A program made the translations under genes and the position numbers. From Antedon mediterranea (Eukaryota > Animalia > Echinodermata), in NCBI RefSeq assembly GCF_964355755.1, contig NC_092677.1:23919175-23983174 (forward strand): DNA of 64,000 bases, written 5' to 3'. Below, piece by piece: positions 16,001-29,200 of the stretch; positions within the stretch are counted from its first letter, which is position 1; every line of letters starts with the position of its first letter. The notes beneath the pieces were generated by a model. The model was given only the letters and a program-made list of their open reading frames with translations. It ran no database searches and was not told the DNA's origin.

Positions 16001-16182
16001 AAGCTCTATCTACACTATCAAACTAGTTTTACAAAAGTGATGTGCCCAAATATGGTAGTGACATGCCCAAATATGATAGTGGTATGCCCAAAAATGGTAG
16101 TAATATGACATCATCATGTCCATTTATGGGTACATCACATTTGTTTGTCGCATAAAGTTTGATAGTGTATAGATAAAGCATT
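16001..16182. mobile_element. MITE family A copy
   Basis: aagctctatctacactatcaaact..agtttgatagtgtataga with internal gcccaaatatggtagtg units. Confidence 0.8.
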
Positions 16183-18129
16183 AAACAATTTGTATCAGTA
16201 TTCTTAACTTTTTCTTCTTTTATCTTGATTATTTCATAATAATACTAATATAAGTATTCCTTTATTGTTACCATTTAAAGAATGTCGGGATACCTATAAT
16301 GACGTGTTTAACGACCAAAGACCTTGTGTTCTCTTGCTTTCAATGGAGGGAAGTTGTTTCCCATTAAAGACTACTGAAAATCCAGGTACGTGGTAAAATA
16401 TCACTTCAGCAGTATACAAGCCAAAACCAAGGCAAAACAAACAGGCTACTTGTTTTTCCGTATCAGGGGGCTTTGGTCATAAGTGATAAGAGGCTAGCCC
16501 ACCCAAAAAGTTGTATCGTCTAAGGTGGGCCATTAAATAATCTGTTGGGTGCAATAACATGAGCACATTACATTATGAGTCCAATAATATTATGCCTAGA
16601 ATAATTTTACTGAATTACAGTAGTTATAGTCAACAAAACCAACTTTGTCGATTGGAAACTATCACGCTAAATTCAATCATTTAAGGGAAATATTATTGTA
16701 CTATCCTATTAACTTTGTTCCCCATTTATTTTGATAGGAAGATGTAAAATAAGACCCGTTTTTGTTTTCTTTATTGGATCATTATTTTTAAATATCGCAT
16801 TTATACCTGATGGTTTTCATAAAGATAAATGATTTTGTTTGTAACTAATATCCAATAGGCTGATGCTTGTATTATTCACATAATGTATGTAAAAAATATT
16901 AATGTATAATTACAATATACAGTCCTATTAAGGGGACACCTTTTGGACCAAAGACATTATGAGGTACTCCTATTCAGGGGACACTATCAGCAAACCGAGA
17001 TTTTCCCCTTAATAATGAGGTTTTCTCGGGGAAACAAATATACTAAAATTAACAATAATTGATCTGGACTCAAAGAATTGAAACTTTCAGCGTATGTTTC
17101 ACCAATGAAAACTATCAAGCAGAGAAAATTAACTAATAATGATATATATTTATATAATTGTTAGTTGGTCTTTTTGTTGTTTTTAGTAAAAATATTGTCC
17201 TTAATTAGCTGCAACGTTAAGTAAGTATGTTTCCATTGATTTACAAATGACCCTGAATAATAATATTGTGAAGCGCTTATATGGGCTTTATTAAGCCCTA
17301 GCGTATTAAAAGACTGAATATATTAAAGATATATTGTCTCCCAAAAACATGAAAAATTAAATCAGATTTTGAAAAGCTTATTTTGTAGTTTTAATAAAGT
17401 TAATCACTTCCTCATGAAAAAAAAAGTGTTGTAAACATTATTTTTCAGGGGGTCAATACATCTTTAATGTCTAAAGTTTCGACTGTGGGTCATTGGTCGA
17501 AGTGTTTAATGACAAAGCTTTACGAATTAGAAATTATATTAGGCCTACAGTAGTTGGATTCATCTTCCTTAGTCACACCTATAAATCAGTTTATTTCTAG
17601 GTTCAATTTAATATGTCAGTTAATTCATGACTCCATAGCGTTATTAATCCATTAGATTTGTCAAAATAAATAAATTGAGTTTCTAATCTTGATCTTTCAT
17701 GTTTAAAATACATGATCGATTTCACTCAATCCTCGGAACTTGGTTATATATAGTTTTCTCCTGTACATGTATCATATTAATATTCGATAATATAGGCTAT
17801 AGCGTTACAAGCGTTTTACACCGCGTGTCTCGTCCCACGTAGAATCTGTATCCTGAGCGGCTTTCGGTTCAGACCGCGTAAATGGTCATCATCAAGAAAT
17901 TGATATGTTTTGTTTTCCGCTTATCGTTTACCGCGCTACCGCTCGTCTGTGTATGGCTTTTACATGATACAGGTATGAGATAATAATTTTTACCGAATAT
18001 TCCTATAATGATATGGAATAATAATAAATGGAGAAAAACTGAATTTATAATGTTAATACTTGTTTCGGTGATTGGTCTGTTACAATCATGTGTAAATAAT
18101 AATAATAATATCCTGGATTTATATAGCGC

Positions 18130-18862
18130 AATGACAATTAAGATTAATAAAACTAAAGAAATTATATGGGATTTTAGGAAAAAGAAAAATGAGAAAAGTT
18201 ATCTGATAGTTAATGATCAGACAATTGAACCTGTTCATGAAACCAAATATCTTGGTACACATATTGATGATCAACTTAGCTTTGAAAAAAATACGGCCTA
18301 GATAATTAAGAAAGGTCACCAAAGGTTATATTTCCTCAGAAAGCTAAATAAATTTAATGTTAACTTTTTTACTTTGAACTTATTCTATGAAACAGTTATT
18401 CAATCAGTACTAGTTATCTCTTTTATTGCTTGGTTCGGTAATTTAAATGAAACACACAAGAAAGGTCGGTTAATGATTTAAAATACATTTATGAAAAACA
18501 GGTCCTAAGTAAATTAAGTAAAATTTTAGAAGATAAGAAACATCCATTACATATGAGATTTTATAAGAACAAGTCAGGCCGGCTACGGACTCCTAGAGCT
18601 ACGATACGACAAGAAACCGACTGTCTTTTGTATCAAATTCAATTCATATTTTTAACTCAAAGATTGTTAGATCATAATAGCGCACATGCAATATATATTT
18701 TAAAGTTTTACTGTTGATGGATGTTTTAATTAATGTTTTTAAATTGTAAATTTGTTCTATGTATGATGTAATTGTGAATGTTTTACCATATTTTTCTATC
18801 GAGGAAAACAATTTTCCATGTACATTTTCTATATATGGAACGAATAAAGATTTGATTTGATT
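18130..18862 (+). mobile_element. 5'-truncated decayed LINE (Rex1/Babar-like RT C-terminus and 3' UTR)
   Basis: INKTKEIIWDFRKK..VHETKYLGTHIDDQLSF..N(stop)IIKKGHQRLYFLRKLNKFNV..HPL..SGRLRTPRA, with stops and frameshifts; ends aataaagatttgatttga. Confidence 0.8.
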
Positions 18863-21814
18863 ATATTTTTTTTGTGCGTAGGTTGTAGAACGAATACAAG
18901 CATGAATTGCAGGTTTTATTGTTGAATTTCATTGTTGTTTGTTTTATCCCATATTATTAGGGCCTGTGTTATTGGAAGTTGGAAGAAAATAGTTTTTTTT
19001 CTTAAACCTTAATGGTTACCGGTGCATTAATTATTAAATTGTCCACGTGGTAATTGAGAATACCTCGCCAAAAACACCTTGACAATATCAAGGACGAACT
19101 GTCCTGGGCAAAAAGGGACCAGGTGATCAGGTAATTTACCGCGACACGTTCGTAAAAAAAAACACTTACCAATTCTCACCTTAGGGCTAGATTAATCACA
19201 GATGCTACCCATATTATGAGGATTTTACAACCAGGAGGTTTGTAATAACAATTATCACTATAATTAACAGTGAATTAACAGCAACCTTATCTGACACATA
19301 AATAATTATGGGCCACTAAAAAATATTGGCTTTAAAAACAATTGTAACAAAAATATCATCTTATTTGTTTTAATCATGGAGTAACAATCCGTGGTTTTAA
19401 TTATTGTTTTTCTTTTGCTCTTTTTGACACAATAATCATTATTGACCAGAGTGCGTTCGAGAGATTAACATGGGTTGAATCCCAACACGAAGTGTTATCC
19501 AACCCTGGGTCAATACAAGCACAATTAAATATGTATAAATAATTTAATAAAATGTTAAACTTTAAAAAAGAGCAGTGCTCAATATGTTTACCAATCATAA
19601 AAAAATGTGTATAAAGTGTAGGCCTAGTTTTTAAATAAATATTATGTGATTGAGCGGCTAAAAAGAGCAGCTTCGACATACATTGAATCGGTAGCTGAGA
19701 AAGTTTATAATATAAATAATAATTGTTCACTTTAAGTACTGTATTTCTGGCTCTCATTAATCCTGCCAATCATTCCATTTTGTATTGCGCCGTAAATGTT
19801 TGTTATTAACGGTATAGGCCTACCATTCTTAAGACGTAAACGTAATTTACACGTCATCATCAAGGTCATAATCTATAAAAATTTTATTTTCTAATATACT
19901 ATACTCTTTCGTTATCAAACTGAATTGATATGCACTTTCGATATAGAATTGCACATTACAAACAGAAGATAATAAAAAAAAAAGTTTTTCTAATTTGTTG
20001 CGAATCACGCCTGGATTGTTTTGAGGAGTCGCGGGACGAGCTCGCTGATCCTCGAGTAATGCAAGTGACACGGTGACGTCTACAAATACACCTGATTCAA
20101 TGGTATAACCTAAACATATTTCTTGAGTTACCTCGGCTAGGGAATCAAGGCACACGCTCAAACAAAAGTTCAATTAAATATGTAATCCCTTTTCAGACTC
20201 GCCGTGAAAACCAAAGGATATGTTCAATTTATAGATAACACGCGCAGCGGTATTTTCCACTATACGCTGAAAAATAATACATACAGTAATGCCGGTATAT
20301 TAACATTTAATCCTCTGATATCGGGTTGCCATTGGTTCCTCTTTTTAGAGATCGTTTAATCTTTGAACGCTCTATTTAGATATGAACGAATGACTGCATG
20401 TTTATTTATTTGAATATTAAAAATATTATATTGGGTAGATTCTACAAAAAGTGTTTGTACTTTCAATAAATACGGCGTGGTCGCAAACGCCGGTTGTGTC
20501 GCTGCAAACAAATTTTCTCTATTTTCATAAAGAAACTACAGTACTTGTGCCCATCCGGGTCAGGAAAAGTGGTCTGTATAGAACATACCTATTTATTGTG
20601 TCCAACTTCTTAAATTAGTCGGCCTAATAAAGTATACATTTTTAAAATGTTTTCGAATAGTATTTTGCCTCTTGCGTATTTCCGTGGTGAACTACGGTAC
20701 GGTCGACCAAACTTTATGTGAAAAAAATGTGATGTGCCCATATATGGACATGATGATGTCACTACTTTATTTGGGCATATCACTGCCATATTTTGGCACA
20801 TCGCACTAGTTTGATAGTGCAGACAGAGCTTAATGTTTAGCGTACTTTTCAATAGTGCAAAGTAATCCTTGGAATATTGTTTTTATTTCTGTTTAAAATC
20901 TTAAAGTTTTCGTGAAATTATGTCCCAAATAAATGTCGTATAGACTTCATCGACATTTCACATTTGATAAATACTGTCTAGATTTCAATATAAATGAAAA
21001 TTAACACAAATTTATGGACACTATCTCTCTAAATTCGTCTCAATTGAAACTGATAAACAACACGGTCGCGTTGAACTCTCAAGATATCGTCTGCACGCTT
21101 CAAAGTAAGCTTTCAATATAATAATATGACTCTCTCCATCGATCGATTAATCTACCTCATTGACATGACTTCATCTTGTTTTATTAATGTAGCCAGTAGT
21201 GATGAAGACGGAGTAGTCAAATACTGCCTTCCTACTAAATGTCAGCATGAATGGCTGGTGCATCTTTTCTACCATAAAATATTCGTATAATTGATGACAA
21301 GGTGAGCTTAGGTCACGGAGCAGGGTTTGTTCGGGGCCGAAGATGCGTTTTTGTGGGTTGTAAAGATTTCTCCCTTGTAAGGGTTTTTTCACCTTATTGA
21401 TGACTCTTTCATGTCAAAAGTCGTCCAGTATAAAAACAGTATTTCAATTCAATTCAATTCGTCACAAAATGTTCGTTTAGTATTTAGGCCCTATAATGCC
21501 AAATATGAAAATATATTTCCAACTCCCATTTTTGCCAATTGGCGCTATTGAGATAATAAAATATTTCTACACAATGTAAAAACAGCTTTAAAAAAATTAT
21601 AGGTGTACTTTCACTAACTGTAAATGTCTTGAACCAAATGTTTAAATAATATTTATAATTTTGGCGAATGTATAAAACAATTCTAAATCTTCTACTTTAC
21701 AGCTATATTATGGAAAGTTGATGTTTTGTAATTCAATATTGTAATCATTTCAGATATTTATTTCATCGTCAATTTCCGTTTACGCCTATTATTATAGACA
21801 AACAGTTCATCCTC

Positions 21815-22008
21815 AATAATAATAGTTTATTCTTATATAGCGCACAATTATAAGCAAGCTCTCAATGCGCATGTACATAAATTAAAATAGACGAGAAATG
21901 GCGATAATTTAAATTAATGAAAACCTTGTTTGAAAAAGAAATACTTTAACTTTTAGTCTTGAAAAAGTTTAGAGTAGCACACTGTCTGATTTAAATTGGT
22001 AGGAAATT
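21815..22008 (-). mobile_element. L2-type LINE 3' end
   Basis: The minus strand reads NFLP..IRQCATLNFFKTK..LF, then gcgcattgagagcttg..gcgctatataagaataaac(tat)n tail. Confidence 0.7.
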
Positions 22009-25000
22009 GTACTTTATTAAAGGCATGTACATGAAAGTGTGTTTAAACAAGTGCTAGTAATAATTTATTTATTTTATTTATGTATTAAAACATATTTAGA
22101 CAGGATAACATAATTAGGCCTGCCGGTATTTCTTTTGTTGTCTTACATGGGTTCATCCCACTTTTATTTCCTTATACAAGTACTTTTTTTTTCATTTTTT
22201 GCTATGTAATACATCTCTTACATAACCTTGTGTTTTTATATATGTTTTTTTATATAATACCATTATTCCACTGAATTGACTCGGAGATCATTTTTTTGGG
22301 TGTGCCGTAACATACGAACTTGGATACACGCGGCACTGTATCTATCACTATCCCTACAGTATTTGTGTTAATATTGTACGAATTGCCGATAGAGCGATCA
22401 GCTATAATATTAAGACTCATAACTGTCTGTTTACTTATTACGTATTGACGGAACGATAAACTAACAAAATAGACCATGCTTATGGTAATATTAATAACTG
22501 GGATTCAGTGTTATATTGCATTATCAGAAACCATAGGGAGAAAAGTGTTCAGGTTGGTATAAACAAACAAAATGAACGGGCAAACAAACTCCGTCAGGGG
22601 ATCCTCAGAACGGTCTCGACAAAGTAATTAAATCGAACGTTTTCGAAGACAGTAAATATTAAAAGAGGTTGTAATTTCAAACAATGCATGGTGCGGTAAC
22701 TGTAAATCTTAATTTGGCGGAAAATAAGTTACCGGTAGTTTGTAAAATATCTGACAATGAACTGTTCTACAGTTACACCAAGCATGGAGGTATAAGCTAG
22801 AATTAGATAAAATCTAATTTTATACCTCAAAATGTGGATTAATGTGTGTAGCTATAGTTTAAGCACTTGCGTAATACTGTATGGTCTAGATAGATTAAAA
22901 ACCAATACTATTAATAATGTGAATCAATCAATCAAATCATTGTTTTATTCTATAAACATAAACATTACAATATATCTTGTAACTTTGTGAAAACGCCAAG
23001 TTTTACAATTACGTAAACGTTAATTACAATTAATTCAGAACATAAACAAAATTCTCAAACTTTTGAAGTTAAACATGACGATATAAAGTCATGAAAAAAA
23101 CCAAAAACCAAAAAGGTTCCAGTAATTTACCGTTGCTTATAAAAAGCTGAATATAAACTTTCATTAGAATAAAATAGAGATTCATTTCAAAACATGGTAG
23201 AGGATTTGTAACTGTACAATCGATGTTGCCCATGTCATTCAGGGTGGTATATTTTTAATGAATTGGAAGTTTTAACATTTTATAGATTTTTACTTCCAAG
23301 TGGAAGAAACGAATTTATATTTTCATCTGTACTGCCAAATAAAATTATTTTGCAGGAGTTCTTTTTTTCTTAAATGTTAAATGACTCTATAAGAAAATGG
23401 AAATTATTTATATTTTTTTGTTGGGCTATTTCTTTAATGCAATTATTCATTGATAAATTGAAACCCGCAACAACATTATTGTACTTTTTAATTTAATTTA
23501 AATCTTATTTTCATCCTGAAATCTTAAAATTATACTTTGGTTGTTTTTGTGTTTTACTTAATTTATAAGTGTTTTTCATAATTACCGAATTTATATATTT
23601 TTATTGTATAAAGGAATTACTGACTCATTGAGTCATAATAACCTATGTCACTTTTGTTCTTGACCTGTTTTCATTGTTTCTTTTTGGCCAAATAAATAAA
23701 TAAAATCAACATTTTTCTATTAAAACATGAAAATATAAAACCGTTATGAAGCAAAAATTGAGGGCCTCATTAGATATTCGTAGAATTGAAATTGCAATGA
23801 AAATTCCCAACTCTCACTTAAGTTACATAAAAAGTGAAGTAATTATACGATAAAATCTTTCAATTCCATAATATTAGACATGATATTCGTTTACATACCA
23901 TGGTCGACCCCGGGGCTGCAGATAACAGTGGGCGGTACTGTACTTACTGGCCAATTTGGTTTTATGTTCGTTTGTCTAAAGTAAATAATATTTCTGCACG
24001 TTTATTTTAAACCGATTTACTACACAATGTGCCAGCAGTTTTAAAAGTAACACTAGAGCGCAGTGGGTTCATATTCGCGAGTATGATGGTTATATGAGCT
24101 TGTTATAACAACGCTTTATACCTGTCAAAAACGAGTAAAGTATTGATGCATGGATGTTTAGGCTTGTCAAATTTGACCGCAACAACAGCCAGTGGTTTTT
24201 ACCGGTCGAAAAGTCAACTTTGCTTGATGACGCGTTCGTAGAAACGAATTCGTCCGTCCGTGTGGTACTGACGGATGTTATTCATTATTAACATTAAAAT
24301 TACATGGTTATGTTTATGAGTCGTGGGTCACGTGATGCCAGTTTATTTATTTCATCAATTTCTATATCATTTGATAATACAAGATATTTGATAGTATTGT
24401 ACCACCAAACCATTCTATTCACTGAATGTTGGCGAAAATACCGAGCTCTTTCATCTTTATCAAGTCAGCCTAACAACCGTTTAAGAATTGATATTAAAAC
24501 AAACAGATTATATTCATTACATACTTAGAAATGTTTGTCCAATGCCCAATTAATTAGGCCTACAGAAATAAAATAAGAATAGATATTTTACCTAGCGAGA
24601 CAAAAATAAGAATAGCCGATGAAAAGTGGTTTTTTTTATAAATAATAATAAGAAAGGTACATACGTAGAATAAATAAAATGATTATGGTGTCATCGTTGA
24701 TTGTGTTGATGTATCTGATGATGAGGGTTGATAAATTGTATAATTTCATATTATATCTTGTAGAGACACCGTATTTTGTTTCTTTCTTCTCAACATACAT
24801 AATCATAATCGGTGTATTTCTTTGGCTTTACCACGTTGAAACATCTGTTCTCTTCAGATCACAACATTGGGCCCGGTTAGAGTGTGAAACTGAAATTAAC
24901 GGGTGCTGTATATGGAGCCGGGGTCCCATTAAGAATTTGAGATCAGCACTGCTGACTCTTACGGCAGCCCCTGCATCTATAGTACTGTAAATGCCTCATA

Positions 25001-25876
25001 TCAGACGTATTGGCTTAATGCCTCTCCTGGTCAAGATGGTCACTGAACGAGAGATGATAGGACCAGCCAAAGGTGCTTTAGACGGTCCATGTCTTAGTTT
25101 CATCCATTGTCGTCCGCGACTTAGACGTCTCGACCATAGATAGATAGAAATATGCTGTATGTATTACTGTAGGTGAGATTCCGCGAGGCAGCTTACCAAA
25201 TGAGGGCTCTGTATGTCTGTAAATAATATAGAATGAGAATATTATATAATTGTTTTATTAAGTAATTTTAATTCGTTGAGTAGCATAGAGAGCTTCACAA
25301 ACAAGTGTATCTTCAAGCAAGGAATGTTTTTGTTTCCTTTTTTTTCACCTTGCAAAGGTAGATCATGGTACAGATACAGGTAGATCATTATTGGTCTAGT
25401 AACGTTAGCCTCGATTTTAAAAGTGTGAAACTAGCTTACCACTATTTTTCGAAATTTAAAGGATAACCTGGCCGGATGGGACCGCTAACCACTGGATTCG
25501 CCTTGTTTAGAATGATTTTATTTTTTTGGCAATTGTTTGTTCTAAAAAATAAAAAGTTAAGCTAATTCAACCACCCGAATTATTATTCATTAAATATCTT
25601 CGAAGATTCAGATTTGATTTGGTATGGTTTATGTAAGATATTTTTGTAGTATTTAGATTGATTTCGTTATTTCATTTCTTTAATTTGTTCGGCCAGACTA
25701 TCGGCGTGTCAGCTTTTGTTGCGAGGAAATTAATTGACTTTATTAATACGCTTGAAACCTATAGTGATTAGTTTGTAATTACCTCTAGGCCAAATTATCT
25801 ACCTATGATCAGGATATTTAATGATATAATGAATATGATAAGAATAATAATTATTATAGTTATGAATATCTATTAA

Positions 25877-26221
25877 AGATATATTGTCCCCCTAAAAAAA
25901 ATATTTTTTTAATTTTTGTTGTTGAATATGTTATTTTAATGTCGCATAATAGTTATTCACTCTCACAAAAAATTGGGTCTGAAAAAAATTTATTTACCTG
26001 AGAAAAATGTAATTTAAAGCAAAAAATGGTCAAATTGTCTGGAAGACAATGAGTTTTTGGGTAATTTAACTGTTTATTTTGTCTTTTTATAGGTGAAATA
26101 ATTTTTTCCCCCGTTTTTTTTCTTATGGAAGTGAACAACTTCATTAAAACTGCAAAATGGCCTATTCAAAGTCCGATTTTAAAAATCTTTATTTTTCATG
26201 ATTTTGGGGGACAATACATCT
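25877..26221. mobile_element. Kolobok-like MITE with TTAA target-site duplications
   Basis: TTAA|AGATATATTGTCCCC..GGGGACAATACATCT|TTAA. Related copies or fragments at about 17323-17468, 27508, 40200-40310, 41975-42308 and 61370-61560. Confidence 0.85.
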
Positions 26222-29200
26222 TTAACAACTCCCAAATTCATTACCGTACACTACTAAATTACAGTATTATGGCGGATCCGGATACAGTACTGTTTCGTCG
26301 TCGTCTATGAAAATAATAAATAGATAGATAAAATGTGTTCCACTAAATAAGTTATTTTCTTGTTGACAAAATATGCCGAATTTTTAAAGAAAAAAATTGC
26401 GGTCATCAACCGAAAAGCCCATTGATTGGAAATGTTTTGTTACGTTTAACTGTGCTGTTTGTTTATTTGTTATTTAAAGACATTTAATATATGTGTCATT
26501 TTTGTTTGGCACCATTTTATATATTTCTGTATTATACAACTGTAGGCATATTTCTTAATTTTAAGAGACTTGAACCAGGCATCTGTAACATTCGTTGCAT
26601 ATCCATTCTACCATTGGAGAAATTAAAGGTCGAACTAACATGTACAGAGTGGCAATGATTGGTACCATTTTTTATTTGTCGATTGGGAAAAATCTAAATC
26701 ATTCAGCGGCTGTCTATCGTGGCTCGTTAATTACATCCAACTCATCAAGTTTGTGATTTGCTTTCAATTGTTTCATATTCTGGAGAAAAAAAAAATCGCC
26801 TACGATATGTGACGATTTGAATTAAGCCAGAGTCTCTGTAAATCATACGTTAAGTAACGTGTCATAAGACTTGGAAGCGTGATAATTCTCGACAGAACAA
26901 ATTAATGACGGAGGCCTAGCTGATTTAGAAAGACAGAATAAATGCGACCTCCCTGTATGAATCCACTTCGGGCATAAATTATCCTATAATTGCCGAGTAT
27001 AGTTGAGGAATAGGACGTAAAACCTGCTAGGCCAGCGTGTTCACCGAGATGGTTGGCCGGAACATGCTTTTGCGTGTTAACTACAATAAACATCGGCTCG
27101 GTAATTGCTGTTGAAATCGTTTGATAACGTCTGCTCCTATAAAACCGTATTTTTCATTGCTCTAATTTCTATTGATAGTCAATAATTTATATTACCTGGC
27201 TCTATAGATCATCTACATATGTTACAATAACATATCTATTAAAATCCAACCGTACTGTAGGACCTATAAAAGTTAAAATATTGAACTTTGGGTGAAATCT
27301 ATTTTGCACTATTCACTGGGAGTGGCATTTTTTATTAGATCCCAGTGAGGATTTGCCCTTTAACGATCAAACACGCCCACCGAGAAATTATATATAGACA
27401 GATATCAATTAAGATAATGTAAATAAAATAATATCAACATAATTATTGTTTCTTCAATAATGAACTGATTTAATAGTCTACTGAATTAGTTTTATTTGTA
27501 TATCGCATTAAAGATATATTTTGTCCCTAAACATTTTTTAAAGATTTAATAATATAGCCTATGTTCCCATAAAAACGTGAAAATGAAGATTATTTCCATC
27601 AAAAAAAACAAAGAAAAAAACAATTATTTTTTGGGTTTTTTTGACTGAACATTTTGTTGTTGAATATATGACTCTGAGACTAACAATTGGATAGAAAAAG
27701 AAATATCTATCTAGAAAATAATACTTGTTTTATATAAAAAAAAAAAAATTTTTATAAGTAAAATTATTATCTCCTGTTCGTTTTTTTTTCTGTAGAAGTA
27801 AATTATTTCTTTATTTTATTATTTAATAATAAAATAAAGAAATAATTTTGTGAAGAATAAAAGTTTAAAAAAATACAGTTGCGATAGTACAATAAAGTTT
27901 GTAACTACAATTGCAGGCTGGATACCACCTTTACAAAAACAAACAATTTGATTGGGAACCTTTTTGAGAAGTGTGAGCAGAATGATAAATAAACAATACA
28001 ACTATACGGTGTACAGTAGGCGGGCATGTCATTAGTCAATTGGTGGTTTTATCAGCTAAAGTAACATTTGGCCAGCATCAATGGCAATGTCAACCTGTCA
28101 GTAACCTCACTAAACAGTTTACAATGCCCCATGCTAGGATAGTGGATACTCGTATGAAACGCGTACATATGGAACGCCGTTTATGCAACCTTTTGATGAT
28201 ATGAATTTTATGACGCGATATGTGAAATGTCATTTATTGTATTGTTTTTAACTTTTTGATAATTTTGATAATTTTGATAATTTGATAATTTTCTGCTCAA
28301 AGGTGTTACATTTTTTTCATTAAATGATGCAAGAGATAGGACATTAGTTCACAACTTCATGTTATCATGTTTATGTATTTACTTCGGATTTTAAAAAGTG
28401 TGTTATTTCAAAAGTTTTAGGCCTATAGCATACTTTTTAATTTGATAATGTTTAGCTTATGCAGAGTACCGTATTTATTTGTATATTAAAGTATTCATAA
28501 TTATATATATATATTCTTTCTGATTTCTAAAGGTGTATTATTTCAATAAAAATGTATTAGGGTATTATGAGACTAGTTTTTTAGATTTGTGTTTGTATGC
28601 CGTTAAACGTGGGAATCGTGCTCTCTTTTGTTAGTTTGAATTCTGAAATGTACAAGATTTTAAAAGGTTGGCCACACAGAAAGTTGGTGGTATTTAATAT
28701 CGTGATCGATGGACTGGGGATAGATACTGAAAATACATAACATCAACGTTGCTTCCATTAGGCCGGTTTAAAAGGCCTGCTTATCACGCGTCAGTTGTCA
28801 AAATGAGGTCGTACAGGTTGAGTCCAGATTAAAGCTAGGCCTACATTGTTTTACGACCTAAATCAGCTGATCAGAAATCAAGAACCAGTCACATTTTGCT
28901 TAATTTTGTTCAAATGTTCTTATTTTTTTATCTTAATAAAGCTCTTTTGATCAATTCACAAACATACAGGCCGTAATTTTCCTCATCTGATCTTCCAACA
29001 TTTGAATATTTGATTGTAGGCCTACATACTTTTCAAAATGTATTTCCGAAAATCAAGTTTACAAAGTTTACAAAAAACAAACAAAAAATCGCAAAAACGC
29101 ACATTTTCTGAACCATGTCCTGAAACAAAAGAAATACATTTCATATGATATGAATAAAATGAAACCTAATTCAGCTTTTTTAATTTTTGTTTCAAACTTA

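Noticed and set aside
18600-18606. TACGATA as another mariner footprint in the Rex1-like LINE
   Set aside because: Removing 5 nt restores the frame, but a simple TACGA tandem duplication explains it equally well.
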